Of a DNA stretch of 36,448 nucleotides, positions 1-9,424 are shown piece by piece. The translations under genes were made by a program, and so were the position numbers. Source of the stretch: Candidatus Eiseniibacteriota bacterium (GTDB lineage: Bacteria > Arandabacterota > Arandabacteria > Arandabacterales > Arandabacteraceae). Numbering within the stretch: the first letter of the stretch is position 1; the number at the start of each line of letters is the position of its first letter. The DNA lies in assembly GCA_043810925.1 (NCBI GenBank), contig JBDRNT010000100.1, positions 1-36,448 on the forward strand, given 5' to 3'. The notes beneath the pieces were generated by a model. The model worked only from the letters and a program-made list of their open reading frames with translations. It did no database searches and was not told the origin of the DNA.

Positions 1-130
1 ATCAGAACCCAGGGCAAGAAAACGGCGACCCAAGAACTACCAACTCCTTACTAAACCGCGCAGCGTCTTCAAGGAATGCCCACACAGAAATTACTATAGA
101 AGGAGATTAAGTTAGTGCCATTCTAAACTG

Positions 131-2797
131 TCACCGAATTATGACGACTGTTTCATTCCCGACTACGGTATCTCGGGTGCGGACACGCATGAAGTAAGTA
201 CCCGATGGAAGGTCCCGGCCCCTGGAATCCTTTCCATCCCACTTGGCCCTTCCTTCACCTGCAGGTGATGTCACCACCATCTTTGACCACACATGGCGTC
301 CGGACACCGTGTAGACGTCGACACTGACCGGTACGCCTCCCCGGGTCTCCCAGGCAATCCAGGTACTCTCCGTGGCGGGATTGGGTTGCGGCGCAAGTGT
401 GCGCCCGATGACACGTGGGACATCTGCGACAGGTCCATCGACCGCTGACACGTCCCCAACGGAATATCCGAAGAAGCTCCGGCCGTAAGTACCGGCGATC
501 AGGGTCCGGTCAACCTCTTTGAATACAAGTGAATTCACAACGACGTTCGGTAGATCAGCCCCCAGCATGCTCCAGGTGCTGCCGCCGTCCGTCGTCTGAT
601 AGACGCCGACATCGGTCGCAACGAAGTAGCGTCCCGAATAGGCCGGATCCACCACAAGATCGTTGGCCGGTGCCTCCGGGAGATTCCCTGAGATCGATAC
701 CCAGGTACTGCCCAGGTCCGCAGTACGAAACACATGAGCCAGGGGTTCGGCCCACCGGAAACCCGAGATGGTCACGTATGCTGTCTCCCTTGAGAGAGGA
801 TCGGTCCGTACGGATGTAACCCAGCGATCGGGAAGTCCCGCAGACACATCCGTCCAGCCGGCACCTCCGTTGGTTGTCACATGGACAAAGCCGTCGTCGC
901 TTCCCGTCCAGATCACGTCGGCGTCGGCCGGGGACACGGCAATAGTGGTCAGTGTGCCGCGCACCTGGCCTGGATTGTCATCGTGGGGACCACCGGTCAG
1001 ATCTGCGCTGATCGCTGCCCAGCTGGTGTTGGTAACACTTCTGTAAAGCTTGTTGGTTCCGAAGTACCGCCGGCTGGGGTCGGTCGGATCCTGAAGCAGA
1101 GGTGAGTTCCAGTTGTTTCTATCCGAACCGCTGATCCCGTCCATGGCGTAAGCCCAGCCGGAACCGCCATCATTCGAATAGTAAACGTTCCCGTATTGGT
1201 ACTGTGCCCAGATGCGGTCAGAGTCGCCTGGATGGATTAGAGGCTGGAAACCGTCCCCTCCGAGGATCCAGGTCCAGTCGTTTGTCGCACCGCTCAGCGT
1301 GCGGACGGTGCTGTTGTCCTGCGAGCCTCCGTAGAGTGCATCCGGGTTGCTCGCGTCAAGTGCGACCCGGTAAATCTGGGTTATTGGAAGGTCATACAAC
1401 TTGGCCCAGACACTTCCGCCATTCGTGGACCGGTACACGCCGCCGTCGTTGCCATTGTATATCACCGGGTTGACGCCTGATCCGAAACCGAGTCCGTGGT
1501 GATCGACGTGCATGCCTCCCGACGCATCGCTATAGGATGAACCCCCGTCTGTGCTCCGGTAGAAATCAAGCCCAAGAACATAAACCATGTCCGGATCGAC
1601 GGGATGCGTCCGCACATTTCCGAACCACCATCCATACGAGGCAAACACACCGGAAAGCGATGCATCATTGGTCTGGGTCCACGTGCTACCACCGTTGGTG
1701 GACCTGTAAAGAGCATAGAAGTAGCCGGTCCTGTCGGCATAGATCGCGTGCATTACATCCGGCTGAGAGGCGCAGAGGCTCAGACCGATCCGCCCCAGGT
1801 CCCCGGACGGCGAGGGGAGCCCCCCTCCCACCGGATTCCAGCTGTCACCGCCATCAATCGTCTTGTAGACGGCGCAGGTCGCCCCTCCGTATCTATAGTA
1901 TTCCGGACGCCGAATACGCTCCCACATTGCAGCAAGAAGCACATCCGGGTCATCCGGACGCATAATGAGATCGACACACCCGGTTGAGTCGCTGACGAAA
2001 AGAACACGCTCCCACGAATCACCGCCATCGGTCGTCCTGTAGACACCACGCTCGGAACTGGCTTCCCAGAGATGCCCCATCGCGGCAACAAGGATCCTGT
2101 CCGGATCGGTGGGATCTATCGTGATGCGACCGATCGAACCGGTGTTCTCAAGCCCGATAGACTCCCAGGTGCCGCCTCTGTCGGTCGAACGGAAGACTCC
2201 TGCCCCTCCGTAGGCGACGCTGCCGCCACCCGGATTGACTTCGCCGGTCCCGGCATACACCACCAGCGGGTTCACGGGATCGATGGCCAACGCCCCTATT
2301 GAGAGCGTTACCTCGTAATCAAAGACCTCGGCCCACGTCGAGCCGCCGTCGAAACTTCGGAGCACCCCACCCTCTGCCGCCCCGGCATATACGATGGCAT
2401 CATCCGTGGGATCGACGGCAATGTCGGTCACGCGGCCGCCGATATTGGTCGGACCCAAAGGCGACCATGACCCGGACTTCACCGCTTTCTCTTCTCTCAG
2501 GGTTCGGGCTTCGAGCTGGGCTCTCTCCCAGTCTTTGCGGTCGATCCGGCCGAAGGGATAGGCTCGCTCAAGAAAGAACCAGGGGTTCGGTGCCCTGGGG
2601 ATAAGACCGTCCCCGGGGACCTGCGAGTGCTTGCGGGCTGGTCTGATCTCGATGGCGGAATCCTCTTCTCCGGGTAGCCGCCACCTGTTCTTGTTGAAGA
2701 TCGACGGTAAGACCGCGGCAGCCACGATAAGGAGCACCAGAGTCACAACGACGACTCCTGTTCGCGTCTGCCCGGACCTTGCTTCAGAACCGGACAT
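131..2797 (-). CDS. Secreted/membrane-anchored BNR/Asp-box (VPS10/sortilin-like) beta-propeller protein with C-terminal FlgD-Ig/T9SS-like domain
   Basis: Many S/T-x-D/N-GG-x-T/S-W Asp-box repeats; WSPLGPTNIGGRVTDIA; C-terminal PQPNP...WDGKDSRGRDLPSGTYFMRV. Start moved from 2950 to ATG 2797, which has a GGAGGG SD and is followed by a hydrophobic segment. Confidence 0.85.
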   Translation of the reverse strand: MSGSEARSGQTRTGVVVVTLVLLIVAAAVLPSIFNKNRWRLPGEEDSAIEIRPARKHSQVPGDGLIPRAPNPWFFLERAYPFGRIDRKDWERAQLEARTLREEKAVKSGSWSPLGPTNIGGRVTDIAVDPTDDAIVYAGAAEGGVLRSFDGGSTWAEVFDYEVTLSIGALAIDPVNPLVVYAGTGEVNPGGGSVAYGGAGVFRSTDRGGTWESIGLENTGSIGRITIDPTDPDRILVAAMGHLWEASSERGVYRTTDGGDSWERVLFVSDSTGCVDLIMRPDDPDVLLAAMWERIRRPEYYRYGGATCAVYKTIDGGDSWNPVGGGLPSPSGDLGRIGLSLCASQPDVMHAIYADRTGYFYALYRSTNGGSTWTQTNDASLSGVFASYGWWFGNVRTHPVDPDMVYVLGLDFYRSTDGGSSYSDASGGMHVDHHGLGFGSGVNPVIYNGNDGGVYRSTNGGSVWAKLYDLPITQIYRVALDASNPDALYGGSQDNSTVRTLSGATNDWTWILGGDGFQPLIHPGDSDRIWAQYQYGNVYYSNDGGSGWAYAMDGISGSDRNNWNSPLLQDPTDPSRRYFGTNKLYRSVTNTSWAAISADLTGGPHDDNPGQVRGTLTTIAVSPADADVIWTGSDDGFVHVTTNGGAGWTDVSAGLPDRWVTSVRTDPLSRETAYVTISGFRWAEPLAHVFRTADLGSTWVSISGNLPEAPANDLVVDPAYSGRYFVATDVGVYQTTDGGSTWSMLGADLPNVVVNSLVFKEVDRTLIAGTYGRSFFGYSVGDVSAVDGPVADVPRVIGRTLAPQPNPATESTWIAWETRGGVPVSVDVYTVSGRHVWSKMVVTSPAGEGRAKWDGKDSRGRDLPSGTYFMRVRTRDTVVGNETVVIIR

Positions 2798-2828
2798 ATC
2801 ACCCTCCAATGCATGTTGTCTGGCCTCT

Positions 2829-2837
2829 ATTATACCA
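2829..2837 (-). promoter_or_regulatory. Extended -10 sigma70-type promoter for the propeller gene
   Basis: Minus strand TGgTATAAT about 30 nt upstream of ATG 2797; no good -35 element. Confidence 0.5.
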
Positions 2838-2893
2838 CAGAATTCGGTAACAGCTTGGTAATTAAGGGGCGCAGGGCTGTAGCCTCGGGACGC

Positions 2894-2922
2894 TTGACTC
2901 ACTGTCGTAGTGACCTTAAAAT
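2894..2922 (+). promoter_or_regulatory. Sigma70-type promoter for the VOC gene
   Basis: TTGACT-N17-TAAAAT. Confidence 0.6.
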
Positions 2923-2999
2923 CAGGGTGACCATCAGGCGGTGCGCTCACCCGGCCGTCTGAAGCCGCAACAGGGATCGTCGGCAGAAAGGAGAATCAC

Positions 3000-3395
3000 G
3001 TGAGCAGCAGATTCGAAACTTATGGAGACTTCAGTTGGTGTGAGTTACTCACCAGGGACGTGGACGGGTCCAAGAAGTTCTATGCGGATGTTCTGGGCTG
3101 GGAGATGGAAGCGATGCCGATGGAGGGTGGTTCGTATACCGTCGTCAAGGCCGGCGGAGAGGCCGTGGGCGGCATAATGACCATGCCGCCGCAGGTTCCT
3201 GCACAGGTCCCTTCCCACTGGGGAGCGTACGTAACCGTCGAGGACGTCGATGCCGTCGCCAAGAAGGCAAAGGACCTCGGCGCAACCATACTGGTTCCTC
3301 CAATGGACATTCCCAATGTCGGTCGCTTCTGCACATTCCAGGACCCGCAGGGGGCTGCTCTGTCGATCATAGCCTACATCAAGAGAAGTAAGTAG
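3000..3395 (+). CDS. VOC family (glyoxalase/bleomycin resistance) protein
   Basis: FSWCELLTRD...FYADVLGW, W-x-x-YVTVEDVD, GRFCTFQDPQGA; AAAGGAG SD before the GTG start. Confidence 0.92.
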   Translation: MSSRFETYGDFSWCELLTRDVDGSKKFYADVLGWEMEAMPMEGGSYTVVKAGGEAVGGIMTMPPQVPAQVPSHWGAYVTVEDVDAVAKKAKDLGATILVPPMDIPNVGRFCTFQDPQGAALSIIAYIKRSK

Positions 3396-3434
3396 CGTCG
3401 GAGCTCTGCGCCCGACGTTGCAGCAATCTGGCAG

Positions 3435-3525
3435 GGGGTCAGAGCTCGAAAATTGCGCGCTCCCTACCCAAGAGACAGGCACTATCAGGCATCAAGTCGG
3501 CGTGCACTTTTTGAGCTCTGACCCC
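3435..3525. repeat. 91-bp REP/MITE-like element with 26-bp terminal inverted repeats
   Basis: GGGGTCAGAGCTCGAAAATTGCGCGC (3435-3460) matches the reverse complement of 3500-3525 (GGGGTCAGAGCTCAAAAAGTGCACGC) at 23/26; lies between convergent genes. Confidence 0.75.
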
Positions 3526-3555
3526 AAGAGGATTACGCGCGAGGTTTACCGGCGT

Positions 3556-4482
3556 TTATCCATCCAACGAGTCCAGCCAGGTGACCAGGAAGCCACGGTG
3601 CGTATCGTTGTAACCCACAATCCCGACCAACTTGCCCGCTCTCGGCCCGGCAACGATAAGACCGTGCCAGCTGTCAACAATCGCGAGGATGCTATCGTCA
3701 TCGAAGGGCAAACCTTCAACATCCTGGGTCGGCGGCTCACTCGCCACGGCGATGTCCGACCATTTGAGAAGCTTCTCCCCTGACACGTCATCAGTGACAA
3801 AGACGGTCACCGTATCGGCTCCAACCCGGCAGTCGACAGTGTAGACCTTCGTCAGGAAACCGCGCCCCAGGAATGACTCGGCAAACACCTTCTCGGTATT
3901 CGGGATCCGCCCGGGTTGAGGTATGAGTGCAAACATCTCGAGCAATTCGCTGGTACCCGGCAGCAGACTGTCCACGACTGCTGCAATTGATTCAATTCCC
4001 GCGGTAATCACCTCGGACTCATCGTAACCGGTCAGGTTCACTACATACCGGCCCTTGACAAACACCAGGACGGATCCGAGCGAGAAGCCGGCGACACCGT
4101 TATTGACTGCATCGCTCGGGTAGGGTCTCAGGGTGGTAAACAGTCCGAATGCCATGTCGGGATCAGTGAAGCGGTAAAGATCGACTATGATCTCGTCGGC
4201 TTGTCTGTTGTAGTCCGCCACCTCGACGTCAACAAAGCCGTACTTGTGATACATCTCCGCCGCACCGTTGATGTACTCGAACAACGAGTCCCCGGCGAAA
4301 CTTCGTATCTCCGGTGCCCGACTCCATCCGATCGAAACGATTTCAGACGGCAGGAAGTCCGCACCTGTTGCCTGAAACGCGTCTTCAGAGCCGCCGCAAG
4401 ACGGCAAGAGGGCCAGCAGGACTATGCCTGCGATACTTACGCGGGCCGTAGTATTCACAACACGCTCCTGTCCAGTAGCCAC
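3556..4482 (-). CDS. Lipoprotein, DUF6599-like
   Basis: Lipobox LLPS-C after a hydrophobic stretch; motif LFEYINGAAEMYHKYGF...DLYRF...AFGLF; start could be slightly downstream (GTG about 4458). Confidence 0.7.
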   Translation of the reverse strand: MATGQERVVNTTARVSIAGIVLLALLPSCGGSEDAFQATGADFLPSEIVSIGWSRAPEIRSFAGDSLFEYINGAAEMYHKYGFVDVEVADYNRQADEIIVDLYRFTDPDMAFGLFTTLRPYPSDAVNNGVAGFSLGSVLVFVKGRYVVNLTGYDESEVITAGIESIAAVVDSLLPGTSELLEMFALIPQPGRIPNTEKVFAESFLGRGFLTKVYTVDCRVGADTVTVFVTDDVSGEKLLKWSDIAVASEPPTQDVEGLPFDDDSILAIVDSWHGLIVAGPRAGKLVGIVGYNDTHRGFLVTWLDSLDG

Positions 4483-4637
4483 TATCGACTGAATTCATCT
4501 TTTCGCACTGATAGCGCTAAGTCAAGGCAAACCCATAGCAGGTCCGGTTCCCGGTTCTATCGCAAACGTCGGCTGTCCATGGTGTGGCAACGGCAAATGA
4601 CTGCCCCGGGCTTCCGTCTAACCCGTTTGTGGACGGC

Positions 4638-5657
4638 TCACTGCCCGCCGATCAGCACATTGCCATGCGGGACGGAAGGGACGTCACCGGCGACAGGGTA
4701 GCCCGCGGTGTTTGCTTCTGTCGAATGACGGCTGAGGGGAAGATCGCCACGTAGAAGGTGGTGTTCCCGGAGTAGCCAGTTGGAAATTTCCGGAAAGGGG
4801 AGTATGCCACGATCGCGTGCTCCCCGTCCTTCATCCAGTTGCTCCGCCCCGGGCCGGTCCCGGGAGAGTACAACCTGTTTGAAGCCATCAGCAGCATGCC
4901 CGAGGTAGACTCCGAACACCTGGTGGAAGAGCGGACCGGCCAACCCCGGTTCCTCGAGGAGCCTCCTCGCGTACTCCATGACGCGGTCGATACCGTGCCT
5001 ATCCACAAGGTACTCAAGGAAATACCTGTACTCCATCGCGACGAACCCGTCTCTGGCTTTGGCGGGGATCCGCTGGATCTGATAATCTGCTCCCGGGATG
5101 TCGAAGTAGTAACTCTCATCAACCGCCAACCTCAGGAACTCCTGCCTGGTGTTGTCTTCACCCGGGCTCGCGTAGTGTGCAGGAAGACCTTCAACAAGCC
5201 ACTTCGGGAGCATCGATCTCCCTGAGAATGACGTGTTCTGAAAGAGGATTGCCGATGCCAGTCCGTACCTGAGCAATCCGAGGAAGTTGCCCCCCTCTGA
5301 CTGTGGCAGGGCAGATGGAAGTGCCACGACCGAACCTGTTCGTGATGCGTAAAGACCCGCTCCCCTTGTCCAGGTGAACCTCCACCTGTCACTGGTGCTG
5401 CCGGTAAGAATCACCCTGAGCGGCTTCCTGAATTCCAGGCCGTGGAACGACTCTACGTCGCGGACGATCCCATCAATATCTGCAAGGTCTTCCTCGATCA
5501 TGAAACCCTTTGGTGCCACAAGCAGCACCTTGGCAAATGGGATTTCGACGTATCCGGGTTTCACCGGCGACCACGGAAACAGACGTCCATAAGGAAACTG
5601 GAGGATCGCCAGCCCGACGACGGCAAGCCAGGCCGTCATTACGAGTCGTTTACGCAT
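4638..5657 (-). CDS. Peptidase MA-like (gluzincin-type) membrane-anchored protein, probably catalytically inactive
   Basis: N-terminal TM helix; PKWLVEGLPAHYA (W-x-x-EG motif); expected HExxH reads YGLAS; ATG 5657 with AAGGA SD preferred over 5705. Confidence 0.65.
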   Translation of the reverse strand: MRKRLVMTAWLAVVGLAILQFPYGRLFPWSPVKPGYVEIPFAKVLLVAPKGFMIEEDLADIDGIVRDVESFHGLEFRKPLRVILTGSTSDRWRFTWTRGAGLYASRTGSVVALPSALPQSEGGNFLGLLRYGLASAILFQNTSFSGRSMLPKWLVEGLPAHYASPGEDNTRQEFLRLAVDESYYFDIPGADYQIQRIPAKARDGFVAMEYRYFLEYLVDRHGIDRVMEYARRLLEEPGLAGPLFHQVFGVYLGHAADGFKQVVLSRDRPGAEQLDEGRGARDRGILPFPEISNWLLREHHLLRGDLPLSRHSTEANTAGYPVAGDVPSVPHGNVLIGGQ

Positions 5658-5758
5658 CAGTTCAGTCCTTGAGTCCGGGGACAGGCCAAATCGGATCGAT
5701 CTCACCTGTTATATCGGCAACCCCGCAGGATCGCTTGATGAAGCCCTGAAAGGCAGGT

Positions 5759-8209
5759 TTAGAAGGCGCCCTCACTCTCGAACTCGTCCTCATCATCACG
5801 TATGCGGCGTTCGGGCTTGAAGTTGTTGAAATTGTAGCTCAGGGTCAGGGTGACCACCGGAGACTCGCGGTCAAAGTAAACGGAGGTATAGAAGTCCGGT
5901 CCTTCGGATGTACTCTCAAACTTCGCCGTTCCGAAGACATCACGCACCTGCAACGTCGCAGTCAGGTTCCTATTCAGCAGGGTCTGTCTGAGCGCCGCGT
6001 CCGTCGTAGTGAAACCCTTGCGTTCTCCCTGGGAGGAGGCAGTCGGGCTGTTGTACATGCCGTTGACCTGAAGGCGAGTGGACTCTCCAATCTTGAAGGT
6101 ATTGTTGAAACGTACGTTCCAGTTGAAACTCCCCTCGGAGAACGGTGCGCCGTAGAGGGTTCCCTCAACACGGTAGTCATAGAGATTTCCCATCAGGCTC
6201 AGGCTCCACCATTTCACCTGATCGACATTGACCATGAGCTCGGTACCGAAGGTATGATCTGTGCCCACGTTTTCAATCGTATGGAGTATGACGTTATCGG
6301 CGTAGACCGAGCGAACCCGCTCAACCTTGTTGTGCGTAAACCTGTAATAGGCCTCGGCGGACAGCATGGTCGCACCGAAATGCCTCTGGTATGCAAGCTC
6401 ATACGAATCGATGTATTCAGGTTTGAGACCGGGATTGCCCTTCCGTACGCTGTAGGCATCCCACCAGGTGATGAACGGTTCAAGGGACCAGCTCCGCGGG
6501 CGGTCAAGCCTGCGTGTATAGCTTAAGAGCATCTGATGGCCCTTGGAATATTCGTATGAGAAGTGTGCCGTCGGGAAGTAGTCCCAGCGGTCGATGGAAA
6601 AAGTCTCAGATTGATCAAGGAGTTCTGTTCGGCGATCCGTATACTCCCCCCGTATGCCGCCCTGGCAGCCTAAGCGCCCAACTGTACCCGAACAGATCGC
6701 ATAGATGGAGTGGATGTCGCGAATGTACTCACTTGTGTGGCTGTACTGCTCCTGGAATTCATACCGGAGACTATCCGGGTCATAGTCATACATTTTCGAA
6801 GCTGTGTCCGTCCGATCGAATCTGCTCTGGTAGCCGGCTTCAATCTTCCCGCCATCGCCCAGCGGCAGCGTATAGTCCAGCTTCGTCCTGAGTTGCGTTC
6901 CCGGACCCTCCTCCGTCGAGCGCTGGCCGCTCGCGAGAGTCCTGTTCATGTCCCGGAGCTCGCTGGTTGATTCCTCGTCACCGGTCCGCCGGTTGAACAT
7001 CACCTGGCCGGACATCTCATGACCCCCCTCACCGAAAGTGTGGCGATAATCCGTGGTTAGCGAGTAGAAGTCACCGCTGCGCTCCGACATGCTTTCGCTG
7101 ATATAAGAACGACGAACCCCATCGCTGCTCATCCACTCATCGAAATCGCGATCCGAACTCCTCTCCATCCCCCGGCTCCCGGCCCTGAACTCGAGGTTCA
7201 CAGTGTCCTCGGGCCTGAGATAGAGATCGATTCCACCTCGTGCTCCATACATCGTCCGCTTCCAGATAGACTCGCCGTCCGAGCTGACGACGGTCGTATC
7301 GGTTCCCCTGTAGGTATGGCTCTCTGTCTCCATGGTCCCGGGGAATTCGCGTCTGTTATAGTCGCCGCCAATGTATGCATTGAATCCGGTCCGCTTGAAG
7401 TTGATGAGGAAATCCGCACCATACTTGTTCTTCAACCCGGCATTGAGGTTGACGGTACCACTGACTCCCTCGAGTTTGCTCTTCTTCGTTACAATGTTGA
7501 TGATGCCCGAGATCCCGTCGGGATCGTATTTTGCTGATGGGTTCGTGATGATCTCAATGTTGTCGATCGTGCTTGCCGGTATCTGTTGAAGCACGTCGTT
7601 GGGGTCGAGCACAGTCGGTCGTCCGTCCAGGAGAACCGTGAAGCTCGTGCTCCCGCGCAGACTGACATTACCATCGATATCGACCGTGACCGACGGCACG
7701 TTTTCAAGGACATCGACGGCAGTGCCCGAGGTCGTGGTGTAGCGTTTGCCCACATTGATGACCTTCTTATCGATCTGGTACACGATGTCCGGCTTGTCGG
7801 CCGATACCTCGATTTCATCAAGTGCTATAACCGACCGCTGAAGGGCCACCGTGCCCACATCTACGCTCATCTGCGTTGGCGTGACCCGGATGTCCTCCAC
7901 TCTCTCTGTCCGGTACCCCATGAACTTTATCTCGAGGTCGTAGCTGCCAGGCCGGACGGTAGTTAGCTCGAAGTGCCCGTCCTTGTGTGTAATGGTCCCT
8001 GTAGCCTGGGAACCACCTGACCTGTCGAACAGGATCAAGTTCGCATATTCAAGTGGAAGGCCGGTCACAACATCCACCACGCGGCCCTTGATTGTGCCTC
8101 CCGCGCCACTACCCCCTCCCCGGCCTCTCATGCCCTCAGGCTGTGCGGCAAGGTTCCCTGTGACCAGGATAAGCACTATGGAGATCAGCAGGGAGACTCG
8201 TACTTTCAC
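5759..8209 (-). CDS. TonB-dependent receptor with N-terminal carboxypeptidase-regulatory-like domain
   Basis: Signal peptide; IKGRVVD..TGLPLEYAN; plug motifs DVLENVPSVTVDIDGNVSLRG and IEIITNPSAKYDPDGISGIINIVTKK; barrel GNPGLKPE; terminal strand LTLSYNF. Confidence 0.92.
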   Translation of the reverse strand: MKVRVSLLISIVLILVTGNLAAQPEGMRGRGGGSGAGGTIKGRVVDVVTGLPLEYANLILFDRSGGSQATGTITHKDGHFELTTVRPGSYDLEIKFMGYRTERVEDIRVTPTQMSVDVGTVALQRSVIALDEIEVSADKPDIVYQIDKKVINVGKRYTTTSGTAVDVLENVPSVTVDIDGNVSLRGSTSFTVLLDGRPTVLDPNDVLQQIPASTIDNIEIITNPSAKYDPDGISGIINIVTKKSKLEGVSGTVNLNAGLKNKYGADFLINFKRTGFNAYIGGDYNRREFPGTMETESHTYRGTDTTVVSSDGESIWKRTMYGARGGIDLYLRPEDTVNLEFRAGSRGMERSSDRDFDEWMSSDGVRRSYISESMSERSGDFYSLTTDYRHTFGEGGHEMSGQVMFNRRTGDEESTSELRDMNRTLASGQRSTEEGPGTQLRTKLDYTLPLGDGGKIEAGYQSRFDRTDTASKMYDYDPDSLRYEFQEQYSHTSEYIRDIHSIYAICSGTVGRLGCQGGIRGEYTDRRTELLDQSETFSIDRWDYFPTAHFSYEYSKGHQMLLSYTRRLDRPRSWSLEPFITWWDAYSVRKGNPGLKPEYIDSYELAYQRHFGATMLSAEAYYRFTHNKVERVRSVYADNVILHTIENVGTDHTFGTELMVNVDQVKWWSLSLMGNLYDYRVEGTLYGAPFSEGSFNWNVRFNNTFKIGESTRLQVNGMYNSPTASSQGERKGFTTTDAALRQTLLNRNLTATLQVRDVFGTAKFESTSEGPDFYTSVYFDRESPVVTLTLSYNFNNFKPERRIRDDEDEFESEGAF

Positions 8210-8276
8210 TATTGGTGCTCCTTTCGAGTATATATATCACAATTGAATACATCTGAACTGATTGGGCAACCTCGCC

Positions 8277-9107
8277 TTATCTTCCCCGTACGTATGAGAA
8301 GTGGGCGGTTACCTCCAGATGGTCTTCAGGGAAGTTGCTCGGCAAGGGCATGAATGGCAAAGACATCTCGATGGCCCTGAGGCTCGTAAGATCCAGCGAA
8401 CTGTGGGCATCGCTGGCAAGTACCACCAGGTCACGGACCTCCCCATCGGGCATGACTGTGAAGCGCACCACGTTTGTTCCGCTTACCGCGCCCATGTGCG
8501 TAAAGGCATAGGGCGGAAACAGGTGGCTCTCGACTTCCCGCTTCATCGCCAGCATGTACGGCGCGAAGTCCCAGTTATACACATTGAAACTGAGGCCGCC
8601 GCGGTTCTCGGCGCTTGAAAGGAGATTGCTCTTGCTTGTGGATCTCCTCGAGCCCCGGCTTTGTGGATCGGTTTTCATCTCCTCCAGGAAGTCAATGCTC
8701 CGGGTCCAGGCTAGATCCCCCTTGATTTCGCTCTGGATCCCGGCTTGAGACGGGCTTCGCGGGTCGGTCTGTTTTTCGGTCGCCTCCGGTCGCTCATAAG
8801 CCGCAAACCGGAGATCACCATCAGCGTATGGCTCTTTGGCGGCTTCCATGTCCCTGGGATTCATGTCGGCAGCCTTTGCACTGCGGTCCGACACAAGGCG
8901 GGTCGCTGCATCCGGCTTCTCCTGCCGGACGTCGTCCGGGACATCGATCAACTCAAAGACCGGGTTGTTCTCTTTTTGCTGTTCCCAGGCGTCCGGCTCC
9001 ACGCTCTTGCTCCCCCACTTTCCCAGGCTGAGTACAAGCAATAAAGCGACGTGAAGCAGGACTGAGATTGGGAAGTATAGCCTGCTGGTTCTATGCGGTA
9101 CTCTCAT
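8277..9107 (-). CDS. TonB/TolA-family energy transducer (TonB C-terminal domain protein)
   Basis: TM anchor with S-x3-H motif (SVLLH); charged linker; C-terminal GTNVVRFTVMPDGEV...SSLDLTSLRAI...PFMPLP; adjacent to the receptor. Confidence 0.8.
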   Translation of the reverse strand: MRVPHRTSRLYFPISVLLHVALLLVLSLGKWGSKSVEPDAWEQQKENNPVFELIDVPDDVRQEKPDAATRLVSDRSAKAADMNPRDMEAAKEPYADGDLRFAAYERPEATEKQTDPRSPSQAGIQSEIKGDLAWTRSIDFLEEMKTDPQSRGSRRSTSKSNLLSSAENRGGLSFNVYNWDFAPYMLAMKREVESHLFPPYAFTHMGAVSGTNVVRFTVMPDGEVRDLVVLASDAHSSLDLTSLRAIEMSLPFMPLPSNFPEDHLEVTAHFSYVRGR

Positions 9108-9163
9108 TGTTGCTCACGTAAGGGGCCAATGAACTCCATTGGATCGTGTACTCCTCCCTAGGG

Positions 9164-9192
9164 TTAGACAATCCCAAGTATACTCCAGTTCC
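9164..9192 (-). promoter_or_regulatory. Putative ECF-sigma (RpoE/AlgU-type) promoter for the tonB-receptor operon
   Basis: Minus strand GGAACT-N17-GTCTAA resembles the GAACTT-N16/17-TCTNA consensus. Confidence 0.45.
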
Positions 9193-9315
9193 CCGGTACG
9201 GGGAAAAACATTGATGGGAGGCTCGGGGGGGATCATTCGCTCCGGCCGGCAAACGTCATCAGGACATCACCGCTGTGGGCTCGCCGGCTTCCCCGGCTGT
9301 GCCCCACGGCGCCAC

Positions 9316-9344
9316 TTGATTTTGGGCTTCAGATGGGCTAGGAT
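9316..9344 (+). promoter_or_regulatory. Sigma70-type promoter for the M16 pair
   Basis: TTGATT-N17-TAGGAT. Confidence 0.5.
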
Positions 9345-9424
9345 TATAGGCTCATGGAATCACAGAAACATCACCAACCATGGTGATAGATAACTCAGGT
9401 TTAAGGCTACAGAAGGAGTACGTG

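Noticed and set aside
1..130. Possible minus-strand gene start (AAGGAG then TTG GGT CGC) running off the window
   Set aside because: Only about 11 codons are visible, with no recognisable motif.
2899..2913. TCACT-N5-AGTGA inverted repeat in the VOC promoter spacer, as a MerR-type operator
   Set aside because: The arms are only 5 bp, the spacer is 17 bp rather than 19 bp, and no such regulator is nearby.
2798..2950. N-terminal 51 aa of the 939-aa ORF
   Set aside because: It overlaps the divergent promoters; a better SD and signal-like segment begin at 2797.
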